Positions 34,419 to 42,780 of a stretch of DNA of 64,000 nucleotides are shown here, in pieces. The position numbers and the translations under genes were made by a program. Source of the stretch: an uncultured Alphaproteobacteria bacterium (GTDB taxonomy: Bacteria; Pseudomonadota; Alphaproteobacteria; UBA7879; UBA5542); assembly GCA_903912365.1 (NCBI GenBank), contig CAIWGV010000045.1, positions 21,886-85,885 on the forward strand, in the 5' to 3' direction. The notes under the pieces are model-generated. The model saw only the letters and a list, made by a program, of their open reading frames with translations. It was not told the origin of the DNA and searched no databases. Within the stretch, counting starts at the first letter, position 1. Each line of letters starts with the position of its first letter.

Positions 34419-35431
34419 GAGGAAGACCCAGGGAGTCCTTGGCTCGTAGAGTATTGAAAGTGAAAGACCTCCCCTGGATATACAAGGGATCGAATCTTAT
34501 GGGCTGCCTGGGCCGCTTCAGCAAATCCGATCAAAATCAGCTTTTGTTTATGTGGGTAGGTTGCCACATCCCCAATGGCAAAGATACCCGGGACAGACGT
34601 CTCACACCCTGCCGGATCAATAAGGATATGGGACTTGTCCAGGTTCAATCCCCATTCTGTGATAGGACCTAAATTCATGGAAAGACCAAAAAACGCCAGC
34701 AAGGCATCGGCCTTAACAGCTTTAACGGCACCTTCCATATCCTGCAAATGGATTTCTTCAAGAATTCCTTCCTTTCCCTTGAGCCCATGAAGTTGATAGG
34801 GGATCTCCATATCAATCTTTCCGGCTGCAGCGAGTTCTTCCAACTTGCCCACATTTTCAGGGGCAGCTCGAAATTTAGAGCGCCGATGTACAACGATAAC
34901 ACGTTCTGCAATGGGAAATAAGTTTAATGCCCAATCCACCGCCGAATCCCCACCTCCGGCTATGACCACCCGCTTACCTCGAAACTGTTCCTGATTTTTT
35001 ACAAAATAGAAAACGCTTTTATTTTCATAGGACTCTATGCCATCAAGGGGCGGTCGATGGGGACCAAAAGCACCTACCCCTGCTGCAATGATAATGGCTT
35101 TTGCTTTTATGGCGGTGCCTGCCGTTGTTTTTACTTCCCAACCATTGGGGATTTTCTCCACATGGGTTACCTGCTGATTTAGATGGTAGGTGGGAGAAAA
35201 TGGAGCCGCTTGTTCTTTCAAGTTCTCAATAAGAGTCCCTGCCAAAATCTTTGGGTGAGCGGGAATATCATAAATGGGCTTTTCAGGATAAAGGGCCGTG
35301 CATTGGCCTCCCACTTCTGGCAGCGCATCAATTACATGAACCTTCAGTTTCATCATGCCGCATTCAAAGACGGCAAAAAGGCCGACGGGCCCAGCTCCAA
35401 TAATAACGACGTCTGTTGTGTGGTGATTCAT
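34415..35431 (-). CDS. Ferredoxin--NADP(+) reductase, thioredoxin-reductase-like type (YumC-like), lacking the CxxC redox pair
   Basis: The FAD-binding start is VVIIGAGPVGLFA. GGQCTALYPEKPIYD matches the YumC-type FNR signature. A second Rossmann block is VVIAGGGDSAVDWAL. No CxxC active site is present. The gene overlaps the M23 gene start by 4 nt. Confidence 0.7.
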   Translation of the reverse strand: MNHHTTDVVIIGAGPVGLFAVFECGMMKLKVHVIDALPEVGGQCTALYPEKPIYDIPAHPKILAGTLIENLKEQAAPFSPTYHLNQQVTHVEKIPNGWEVKTTAGTAIKAKAIIIAAGVGAFGPHRPPLDGIESYENKSVFYFVKNQEQFRGKRVVIAGGGDSAVDWALNLFPIAERVIVVHRRSKFRAAPENVGKLEELAAAGKIDMEIPYQLHGLKGKEGILEEIHLQDMEGAVKAVKADALLAFFGLSMNLGPITEWGLNLDKSHILIDPAGCETSVPGIFAIGDVATYPHKQKLILIGFAEAAQAAHKIRSLVYPGEVFHFQYSTSQGLPGSSS

Positions 35432-35485
35432 GGGATCCTTTAGTTTTCCTTCACTCTAAAAGATGGTATATATAAGTTAGTTAAA

Positions 35486-35947
35486 ATGATAAAAACTTTA
35501 AAAACATATCCACTTTTGTCTCAGGAAGATACCAAAACTTTGGCCGTAGAGCTAGCCAAAACTGCACAAAAAGGAGACATCTTCCTGCTAGAGGGAGATC
35601 TGGGTTCAGGAAAAACAACATTTGCACGGTTTTTTATTCGCCATTTTTTTGGAGAAGACGTGGACATTCCAAGCCCGACATTTACCTTGGTCCAAACCTA
35701 CCCCACTCCCAATCTCCTCATTTGGCACTTCGATCTCTATCGTCTTAAAGATGAGGGGGAAATTCAAGAGTTGGGGTTAGAGGAAGCTTTATCAACGGGT
35801 GTTTGTCTTATAGAATGGCCTGAGAAGCTTGGGAGCTACAAACCCTCCCGATGCATTGTTCTAAAATTTGAAGCCACTAGGGAGAAGCGTTATGTTACCC
35901 TTGAAACCATCGGATATTGGGAGACACGATTTGACAGCCTCCTCTAA
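35486..35947 (+). CDS. tsaE: tRNA threonylcarbamoyladenosine biosynthesis protein TsaE
   Basis: A P-loop (FLLEGDLGSGKTTFARFF) is present within the TsaE/YjeE fold. Confidence 0.85.
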   Translation: MIKTLKTYPLLSQEDTKTLAVELAKTAQKGDIFLLEGDLGSGKTTFARFFIRHFFGEDVDIPSPTFTLVQTYPTPNLLIWHFDLYRLKDEGEIQELGLEEALSTGVCLIEWPEKLGSYKPSRCIVLKFEATREKRYVTLETIGYWETRFDSLL

Positions 35948-36938
35948 TGCAAAATATGAGGGCTTTTTAGAAAAGCATGGGTGGAAGGAAAAAGAAATTT
36001 CTTTCCTCGCGGGAGATGCCTCCCACAGACGGTATTACCGATTAGGGTCCGAGACTTCTGGCCACGTGCTTTTGGTGGATGCACCCCCCCCTATGGAAAA
36101 CATGGAGCACTTTGTCCAAATTGATAAAGTTTTATGGGACCTGGGATTCTCTGTGCCAGAAATTTTGGCCGTTGATACGACCCAAGGACTTGCTCTGATT
36201 GAAGACTTTGGAGACACCACATACACCCGTGTTCTTGAGGGAAAAGAGAAAGAAGAACTTCTCTATAAAACCGCCGTTGATGTGCTCATAGATCTTCATA
36301 AAAATTTTAATTCAAGGCTCTACCCAGAACTAAGGCCCTATACACAACAAGAATACATGAGAGAGGCTGATCTGTTTGTGGAGTGGTATTATCCCAAAAT
36401 TTTTAAGAAAGCGCTTTCAGAAGAAGGGCAAAAAGCTTGGAATCAATGTTGGCAAGCCGTTTTAGAGGCACCCCTTGAATCGGAAAAAACGCTTGTATTG
36501 AGAGACTATCATATCGACAATCTTGTGTGGCTCAAGGGCCGCACAGGAGTTCAGCGCTGTGGTTTGTTGGATTTTCAAGATGCCCTGATTGGATCTAAGA
36601 CTTATGATCTGGTTTCTCTTTTGGAGGATGCGCGCCATGACGTGCCCCTAACCATTCAAAATAAAATGATAAAAAGGTATCTTGACGCATTTCCAAAACT
36701 TCGCCATGATGATTTCCTTAAAGGATATTACACGATAGGGGCCCAAAGAAGCACAAAGATTATCGGGATATTTAGTCGTCTTGCTTTCAGAGATGGGAAG
36801 AAAAAATATCTTTCCCATATCCCAAGATTGTGGAAATGGTTAGAGGGTGACTTGAATCACCCCTCTCTAAAAAGTGTAAAAGAATGGTTTGATTATTATG
36901 TCCCCCAGGGGAGGAGGGAGGTTCCTCATGAAGATTAA
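35892..36938 (+). CDS. amgK: Anomeric MurNAc/GlcNAc kinase AmgK-like phosphotransferase (APH family); start uncertain
   Basis: APH-fold motifs are present (LAGDASHRRYYRL, Brenner-like HIDNLVW, DFQDA). The gene overlaps the tsaE 3' end. Candidate starts are ATG 35892 or TTG 35931. It is followed by a MurU-like nucleotidyltransferase, as in the PG-recycling pair. Confidence 0.6.
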   Translation: MLPLKPSDIGRHDLTASSNAKYEGFLEKHGWKEKEISFLAGDASHRRYYRLGSETSGHVLLVDAPPPMENMEHFVQIDKVLWDLGFSVPEILAVDTTQGLALIEDFGDTTYTRVLEGKEKEELLYKTAVDVLIDLHKNFNSRLYPELRPYTQQEYMREADLFVEWYYPKIFKKALSEEGQKAWNQCWQAVLEAPLESEKTLVLRDYHIDNLVWLKGRTGVQRCGLLDFQDALIGSKTYDLVSLLEDARHDVPLTIQNKMIKRYLDAFPKLRHDDFLKGYYTIGAQRSTKIIGIFSRLAFRDGKKKYLSHIPRLWKWLEGDLNHPSLKSVKEWFDYYVPQGRREVPHED

Positions 36939-37653
36939 AACAGGAATGGTTTTAGCGGCCGGAAAAGGCGAAAGACTTCGTCCTCTGACAGATGCATGCC
37001 CAAAGCCTTTAATTGTGGTAAGCGGCCGATCTATGATCGATCGTATCATTGATGAACTGGAAAAAGTTCATGTGGACAAAGTGGTGGTCAATGTTTGTTA
37101 CCACGGAGATATGATCATGTCTCATCTTCAAAATAGGACCTCTCCTAAAATCATTTTTTCTGAAGAGGTGGAGCGCTTGGAAACAGGCGGTGGCGTTCTC
37201 AATGCTCTTCCAGAGCTTGGAAAAGATCCTTTCTTTGTTATGAATGGAGATATCCTTTGGGCAAACGTAAAGGGCGCGGGCGTCCTAGAAACTCTTAAGA
37301 AAACTTGGAACGATAAAATGGATGCCTTGCTGCTTATGGTTCCCACCAAGAATGTTCAGGGATACACGGGAAATGGTGACTATAAAATGAATTCAAAAGG
37401 TCACCTGGAACGCCCTCTCCCCGGCAAAAAGGCTCCCTATGTGCATGTAGGAGTGCAAATTCTCCATCCTCGATTATTTGAGGGGGAAGAAATCCACCCT
37501 TTTTCTTTAAACAAGCTTTACAACAAAGCGCAGGAAATGGGGACTCTTTATGGAGTGGAGCATAAAGGACTCTGGTTCCACGTGGGAACACCGGAAGCGT
37601 TAGTGGAAACGCGGGCTTGGTTCGCAGAACATCAGGTTATGCCAAACCCATAA
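36928..37653 (+). CDS. murU: N-acetylmuramate alpha-1-phosphate uridylyltransferase MurU-like nucleotidyltransferase
   Basis: The N-terminal G-rich NTP-transferase motif is MVLAAGKGERLRPLTDACPKPL. The start is either 36928 or 36946, overlapping or abutting the amgK stop. Confidence 0.6.
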   Translation: MKIKTGMVLAAGKGERLRPLTDACPKPLIVVSGRSMIDRIIDELEKVHVDKVVVNVCYHGDMIMSHLQNRTSPKIIFSEEVERLETGGGVLNALPELGKDPFFVMNGDILWANVKGAGVLETLKKTWNDKMDALLLMVPTKNVQGYTGNGDYKMNSKGHLERPLPGKKAPYVHVGVQILHPRLFEGEEIHPFSLNKLYNKAQEMGTLYGVEHKGLWFHVGTPEALVETRAWFAEHQVMPNP

Positions 37654-37779
37654 AATATCTATTACTTAGTGAAGCTGTAGTCTGTCATTTTCTAATGTGA
37701 TCTCTTAAAAATTGGACAACCATATTCTATGAGGGAAATTTCTTGATCTTGGAAATAAAGAAGTGTATCCCTATTTATA

Positions 37780-38436
37780 GTGAGGGGGATAAACATGAAA
37801 AAATATTGTCTAATTTTGTTGTTTTCTAGCCTAGGAATTGCCCAGTACCTTGGAGCAGCGACGGGAGGTAAAGACTCCGGGGCTGAAGACCTCCTTTTTC
37901 CTGGAAAGGCAAGACTTTTTTCTCGGGATGTGGCCCCTGTTAGGGATCATTTTTCAGGAGAGCAACCTCTAAAAGCCCTACAGTCTCCAGAAAACCTAGG
38001 GCCATTGAACTTTTCAGAAAATCCGGCTCTTCGTCTTAGGGCCTATGACTTTCTCACCAAATTAGATCTATGTGAATTTGAGCGTTGTTGTTCCCAGTTT
38101 ACCCGGAGTAATTCCTCTAAAGAAATCTTCCGGTTTGAAGATCCCCAAGTTCATAATTTTCTGTCGGGCGTGAGAGACTCTTATAAAATTTTAACGGGCG
38201 ACCTCCCTTTTGAAAGCAACTCGTGGGATGTAGAGTTTGCTGGAAAGCCTCCTTTAGCTCCCCAAATTGCCCTCATGGAAGATATTTTAACTCGAGTCTT
38301 TCCAGAAAACTATATTGCTTCCTGCGGATCCAAAAACCCCCTTGATCCCTCAAGTGGCTTAGACCCCTTATTTGCATTGGGAAAGTCTTTAGACTCTTAT
38401 GACGCCTCGCAAGTAGGGCCCCCATTGATGAGGTAA
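37780..38436 (+). CDS. Secreted hypothetical protein (218 aa)
   Basis: The signal peptide is MKKYCLILLFSSLGIAQYLGAA. No domain was recognised. Confidence 0.4.
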   Translation: MRGINMKKYCLILLFSSLGIAQYLGAATGGKDSGAEDLLFPGKARLFSRDVAPVRDHFSGEQPLKALQSPENLGPLNFSENPALRLRAYDFLTKLDLCEFERCCSQFTRSNSSKEIFRFEDPQVHNFLSGVRDSYKILTGDLPFESNSWDVEFAGKPPLAPQIALMEDILTRVFPENYIASCGSKNPLDPSSGLDPLFALGKSLDSYDASQVGPPLMR

Positions 38437-38438
38437 AA

Positions 38439-38645
38439 TTAGACCTCCCCTAGGTCCCCTCTCTCCTTTTCCAGCATGCGATAAACCCGTCGGTTATAGG
38501 TCATTTCAATCTTGAGTTTCTGCATGGCAATGGCCAAGCTCTTTTGTAACTTTTTCATCTCTGCCAATTCCTTGCGCATGACCCGATGATCGTCATTTAA
38601 TTTCTTGGAAAAAATAAAATATAATCTTATATTAGGCTCAGACAT
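38439..38645 (-). CDS. Small (68 aa) coiled-coil-like hypothetical protein
   Basis: A GGAGGG Shine-Dalgarno lies 9 nt upstream of the ATG on the - strand. The sequence is highly charged and helical. Confidence that this is a real gene is low. Confidence 0.25.
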   Translation of the reverse strand: MSEPNIRLYFIFSKKLNDDHRVMRKELAEMKKLQKSLAIAMQKLKIEMTYNRRVYRMLEKERGDLGEV

Positions 38646-38683
38646 GGTAACTATCCCTCCAATGGTTGGGTTATCATCGTTTA

Positions 38684-38717
38684 GTGGAGCCTAGGTGGTT
38701 ATGAACCTAGGCTCCAC
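38684..38717 (+). other. Perfect 13-bp stem hairpin (GTGGAGCCTAGGT-N8-ACCTAGGCTCCAC) followed by GCCTTTTCC, upstream of valS
   Basis: Seen directly in the sequence. A second palindrome (CCTTTTCCAAAAGG) lies 3 nt downstream. The element sits in the valS 5' region about 160 nt before the ATG. Confidence 0.4.
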
Positions 38718-38878
38718 GCCTTTTCCAAAAGGCCGGCTCAAAAGAACCTTCCCGCCGATGTCCCTTCACTATAATGAGACTTGTGCTAAAAATGAAGACA
38801 GGACGCTTTTCTGTTTTTTCTTTAAAAACCTTCAAAAGTTATGTAAAACTCTAGGTCTGAATCAGATAAAGAGACCTT

Positions 38879-41512
38879 ATGTTAGACAAAACTTATTCAC
38901 CGGCCACTGTTGAAAGCAAGTTCTACCCCTTGTGGGAATCTTCTGGCGCCTTCAAACCCCGTGGCACTGGCAAGCCTTATACCATCATCATGCCCCCAGC
39001 TAATGTGACGGGAAACCTACATCTGGGCCATGCCCTTACCTTTACTCTTCAAGATATTCTCATCCGATTCCACCGCATGTTGGGGGAAGATGTTTTGTGG
39101 CAACCGGGCACGGACCATGCGGGAATTGCGACCCAAATGGTGGTGGAGCGACAGCTGGCTGCAGAAGGCCTCACCCGGGCGGAAATGGGAAGGGAAGCCT
39201 TCTTAAAACGTGTGTGGAAATGGAAGGATGAATCAGGAGGCGCCATTATCAATCAGCTGAAGCGCTTAGGGGCCAGTGCCGACTGGGACCGAGAACGGTT
39301 CACCATGGATGATCACTCCAACTTTTGTGTGACGAAGGTTTTTGTGGCGCTCCACAAGGCAGGTCTTATCTATAAAGACAAACGCCTTGTGAATTGGGAT
39401 GCCAAATACCAAACAGCCATCTCTGATTTAGAGGTGGATCAAGTGGAGGCAAAGGGTAAATTTTATTATCTCAGATATCCTCTCGAAAAAGGAGGTCATA
39501 TTGTAGTGGCCACCACACGGCCAGAAACTTTCTTTGGGGATACGGCGATCGTTGTAAACCCAGAGGATCCTCGCTATAAACATCTCATTGGATCTCATGC
39601 AATTTTGCCCCTGATCCATCGGAAAATCCCCATCCTCGGAGATGAGCACGGAGATCCGGAAAAGGGAAGTGGTGCTGTGAAGATCACCCCTGCCCATGAT
39701 TTTAATGATTTTGAGGTTGGCCGCCGGCACAATCTTCCCTCCATCACTATTCTAGATGAGAAATCCCTCCTCAATGAAAATGTGCCTAAAGAGTACCAAG
39801 GCCTTACCACAAAGGCGGCCCGGGAAAAGGTTGTGGCCTATTTTGAAGAAAACGGGTTCCTCGAAAAAATAGACGATATCAACCACACGGTTCCTCACGG
39901 TGATCGGTCAGGAGACCCCATCGAGCCGCGCCTCACGGATCAATGGTATTTGAATGCAGAGTTCTTGGCGAAAGATGCCCTCAAAGCCGTGGAAACGGGA
40001 GACACGCAATTTGTGCCTGATAATTGGAAGACCACTTATTTTAACTGGATGCGCAATATTCAGCCCTGGTGCATTTCCCGACAGCTCTGGTGGGGACATT
40101 CTATTCCCGCTTGGTATGGACCAGATGGCCATGTTTTTGTGGCAGAAACCGCAGAAAAGGCACGCCAACAGGCTCACGGGCATTATGGGAAAGAAGTAGA
40201 GCTTCAGGCAGACCCGGACGTTTTGGACACCTGGTTTTCCTCCGCTCTTTGGCCCTTTGTAACTCTTGGGTGGCCGGAAAAGAATCCAATTTTTGAAAAA
40301 CATTACCCGACAAATGTTTTGGTCACAGGATTTGATATCATTTTCTTTTGGGTGGCCCGCATGATGATGATGGGGCTGCACTTTACCAAAGAAGTTCCTT
40401 TCAAAGAAGTGTATATCCACGCGTTGGTTTTGGATGCGAAGGGCCAAAAGATGTCCAAGTCCAAAGGGAATGTGATTGATCCCTTGCAGCTCATCGATGC
40501 TTATGGCGCAGACGCTCTCCGATTTACCTTAAGCTCTGCGGCAGCTCCCGGGCGAGACATAAAACTGTCGGAAGACAAGGTGGAGGCCAACCGCAATTTT
40601 GCCACCAAGTTTTGGAATGCAACACGCTACGCTCAAATGAATGGATGCCACCTATCTCCAACCTTCTCTCCAGAAGCGTGCCAACACCCCCTAAACCAAT
40701 GGATTGTATCTGAAATTAAAGATATGGCTGAAGATGTAAATAGGAACCTAACAACTTATCGGTTCCATGAAGCGTCCAGTGCTCTTTATACGTTCCTCTG
40801 GAAAACTTTTTGCGATTGGTATTTGGAATTTACAAAACCTCTCTTGAATAGTCCGGACGAAGGGATTGTGACAGAAACCCGCAATACCATTGCCTGGACT
40901 TTGGGGCAGGTGTGCCATTTGATGCATCCTTTGATGCCTTTTATCACAGAAGAAATTTGGCAAGCTCTGGGGGGACAAGGGCTTTTGATTGGAGGCAAAT
41001 GGCCCGTCTATTCTCATGAAGGGTTCCATCAATCTAAGGAGGAAATTAACTGGATTATCCAGGTGATCTCTGAGCTGAGATCCCTAAGATCTGAATTAAG
41101 TATTAGTCCTGCTCTCCTCTTACAACTCCATTTGGAAGAAGGAAACCAGGAGATTCTAAAGCGTCTTAAAATCCATGGGGACATGATTCAACGCGTAGGG
41201 CGTCTTATGCCCCTCAAGCTTGAGAAAAGAGAGGCAAAAGCCAAGGCTATCCAGATTGTAGTTCCCCAAGGAATTTTTTCCCTTTCTTTGGAAGGTCTTG
41301 TGGATGTAGCTGCAGAAGTTCACCGATTGGAAAAAAACCTAGAGAAATTGGAAAAGGAAATGAAGGGGCTTGAGCAAAGACTGGGGAACGAGGAATTCCG
41401 AGCCAAAGCACCAGCCCATATCATTGAAGAACTGGAAACGAGAAGGTCTTCCTTTCGGGAACAAAAAGAAAAGAACGGCGGCGCCCTTGAAAGAGTAAGA
41501 AGCTTACTCTAG
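38879..41512 (+). CDS. valS: Valine--tRNA ligase
   Basis: HIGH (PPANVTGNLHLGHAL) and KMSKS (KMSKSKGN) motifs are present. The protein is 877 aa with a C-terminal coiled-coil tail. Confidence 0.97.
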   Translation: MLDKTYSPATVESKFYPLWESSGAFKPRGTGKPYTIIMPPANVTGNLHLGHALTFTLQDILIRFHRMLGEDVLWQPGTDHAGIATQMVVERQLAAEGLTRAEMGREAFLKRVWKWKDESGGAIINQLKRLGASADWDRERFTMDDHSNFCVTKVFVALHKAGLIYKDKRLVNWDAKYQTAISDLEVDQVEAKGKFYYLRYPLEKGGHIVVATTRPETFFGDTAIVVNPEDPRYKHLIGSHAILPLIHRKIPILGDEHGDPEKGSGAVKITPAHDFNDFEVGRRHNLPSITILDEKSLLNENVPKEYQGLTTKAAREKVVAYFEENGFLEKIDDINHTVPHGDRSGDPIEPRLTDQWYLNAEFLAKDALKAVETGDTQFVPDNWKTTYFNWMRNIQPWCISRQLWWGHSIPAWYGPDGHVFVAETAEKARQQAHGHYGKEVELQADPDVLDTWFSSALWPFVTLGWPEKNPIFEKHYPTNVLVTGFDIIFFWVARMMMMGLHFTKEVPFKEVYIHALVLDAKGQKMSKSKGNVIDPLQLIDAYGADALRFTLSSAAAPGRDIKLSEDKVEANRNFATKFWNATRYAQMNGCHLSPTFSPEACQHPLNQWIVSEIKDMAEDVNRNLTTYRFHEASSALYTFLWKTFCDWYLEFTKPLLNSPDEGIVTETRNTIAWTLGQVCHLMHPLMPFITEEIWQALGGQGLLIGGKWPVYSHEGFHQSKEEINWIIQVISELRSLRSELSISPALLLQLHLEEGNQEILKRLKIHGDMIQRVGRLMPLKLEKREAKAKAIQIVVPQGIFSLSLEGLVDVAAEVHRLEKNLEKLEKEMKGLEQRLGNEEFRAKAPAHIIEELETRRSSFREQKEKNGGALERVRSLL

Positions 41513-41516
41513 GCAT

Positions 41517-42017
41517 TTAGGAATTCTTCTTCCTTTTATCTTTTTCAACTTTTTCCCCGTCGAAAGGAAGAAGCTCTCCCTTAGGCACGCTAGAAGGGGA
41601 AAACTCAAAGTAAACCTGTTCCTCAGAAATGCTATTTTTGAACTGAGAAAAATGATACAGGATTTCATCTAAAGCCAGACAATCTTGAGGGTAAGCCTTC
41701 TGAATATCCCCCCGCATGGCCAAGACTTTGTGAAAGTCTAAAAGTGTCCCAATCTCCTTGGCCATCTGCTGAAGAGTTGAGCAACAGGGAACAGTTCGCA
41801 GAAGTCGAGAGAAAGGTTTTTTTCCCAAGTCCAGCTCCCTCAAAGCGCTTTCTAGAAGAAAAATTCTCGTGGAGGGTGTCCTCATCTGAAGACCAAGTAA
41901 AACTGCCTCCAAAAGAAGCATAGACCATCGGATTAAGATATTATCTCGGTTGGTAATATATGACTTTATGCTAAAAATATTTTTGTTTTGTTCTTTATTA
42001 TTTCTTTTCAATTTCAT
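41517..42017 (-). CDS. Hypothetical protein (166 aa), convergent with valS and divergent from an HTH regulator gene
   Basis: The ORF is open with no recognisable domain. An AT-rich 214-nt region with short direct and inverted repeats separates it from the HTH gene. Confidence 0.35.
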   Translation of the reverse strand: MKLKRNNKEQNKNIFSIKSYITNRDNILIRWSMLLLEAVLLGLQMRTPSTRIFLLESALRELDLGKKPFSRLLRTVPCCSTLQQMAKEIGTLLDFHKVLAMRGDIQKAYPQDCLALDEILYHFSQFKNSISEEQVYFEFSPSSVPKGELLPFDGEKVEKDKRKKNS

Positions 42018-42231
42018 GCCTTCTCCCTTTAACTTCGTCTGTTCATTTTTACTAGAACTATATTATACGAAACAAAATTAAATTAACCTTAGTTAACGAC
42101 CAATTTTTTATACTAGAAAAGATTTTATGTCAATACTTTTTGAAAAATAAATTTTTAAGAAAGGTTTGAAATTTAAAAATTTCTGTATATGATGTGGGCA
42201 GTTTGTTATATAAAAATAAAGACTCAAAAGG

Positions 42232-42708
42232 ATGTATGATAATTTACAAATGCAGATAAAGAGACGCATGATTGCGAAATCTCTTAATATCCAGTCTCTG
42301 GAAAAAAAAGCAGGCCTGAAAATAAGTGCTGTGCGCAATATTTTAAATGGCACATCAAAGAAGCCTAACGTATTCACCTTGTATGCCATTGCGGAAGCTT
42401 TGGACTGTTCAATTTTAGACCTTCTCGGTAGCGGCCTATCCCCAAACGCCCCCACGTCTTTCAATGAAGGACCCAATGCCTCTAAAAAATGGGATGCAGA
42501 TTTATTTGCTCAGATCGTTAACGTGGTCCGAAAAGCTTATGAGGAAAGAAACGGAACCTTGTCTTCTGATAAAGCACTGTCCATGATACAAGAAATCTAC
42601 TATTACTCTTTAAACAAAAATGAACCTCAGGTAGACCAAAATTTTTCTCAGTGGATTATCGATAAAAATATTCAGACTAGACTTAATTCTTTGGAAAAAG
42701 TATCCTAG
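42232..42708 (+). CDS. XRE-family helix-turn-helix transcriptional regulator
   Basis: The N-terminal block IKRRMIAKSLNIQSLEKKAGLKISAVRNILNGTSKKPNVFTLYAIAEALDCSILDLL fits the Cro/C1-type HTH. The C-terminal 90 aa have no recognised domain. Confidence 0.6.
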   Translation: MYDNLQMQIKRRMIAKSLNIQSLEKKAGLKISAVRNILNGTSKKPNVFTLYAIAEALDCSILDLLGSGLSPNAPTSFNEGPNASKKWDADLFAQIVNVVRKAYEERNGTLSSDKALSMIQEIYYYSLNKNEPQVDQNFSQWIIDKNIQTRLNSLEKVS

Positions 42709-42780
42709 GGTATTACCTGAAAATTTGAAAGTCAGCGTATTTACCCCATCAAAAAGAGGTTATTAAAATTCCGAAGAATC

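Noticed and set aside
34415-35431. Thioredoxin reductase TrxB
   Set aside because: The CxxC redox-active disulfide is absent, and the ALYPEKPIYD block matches YumC-type ferredoxin-NADP reductases instead.
38439-38645. DUF465-type small protein assignment for the 68-aa ORF
   Set aside because: The sequence does not fit the DUF465 pattern well. It is kept only as a low-confidence hypothetical because it has a good Shine-Dalgarno.
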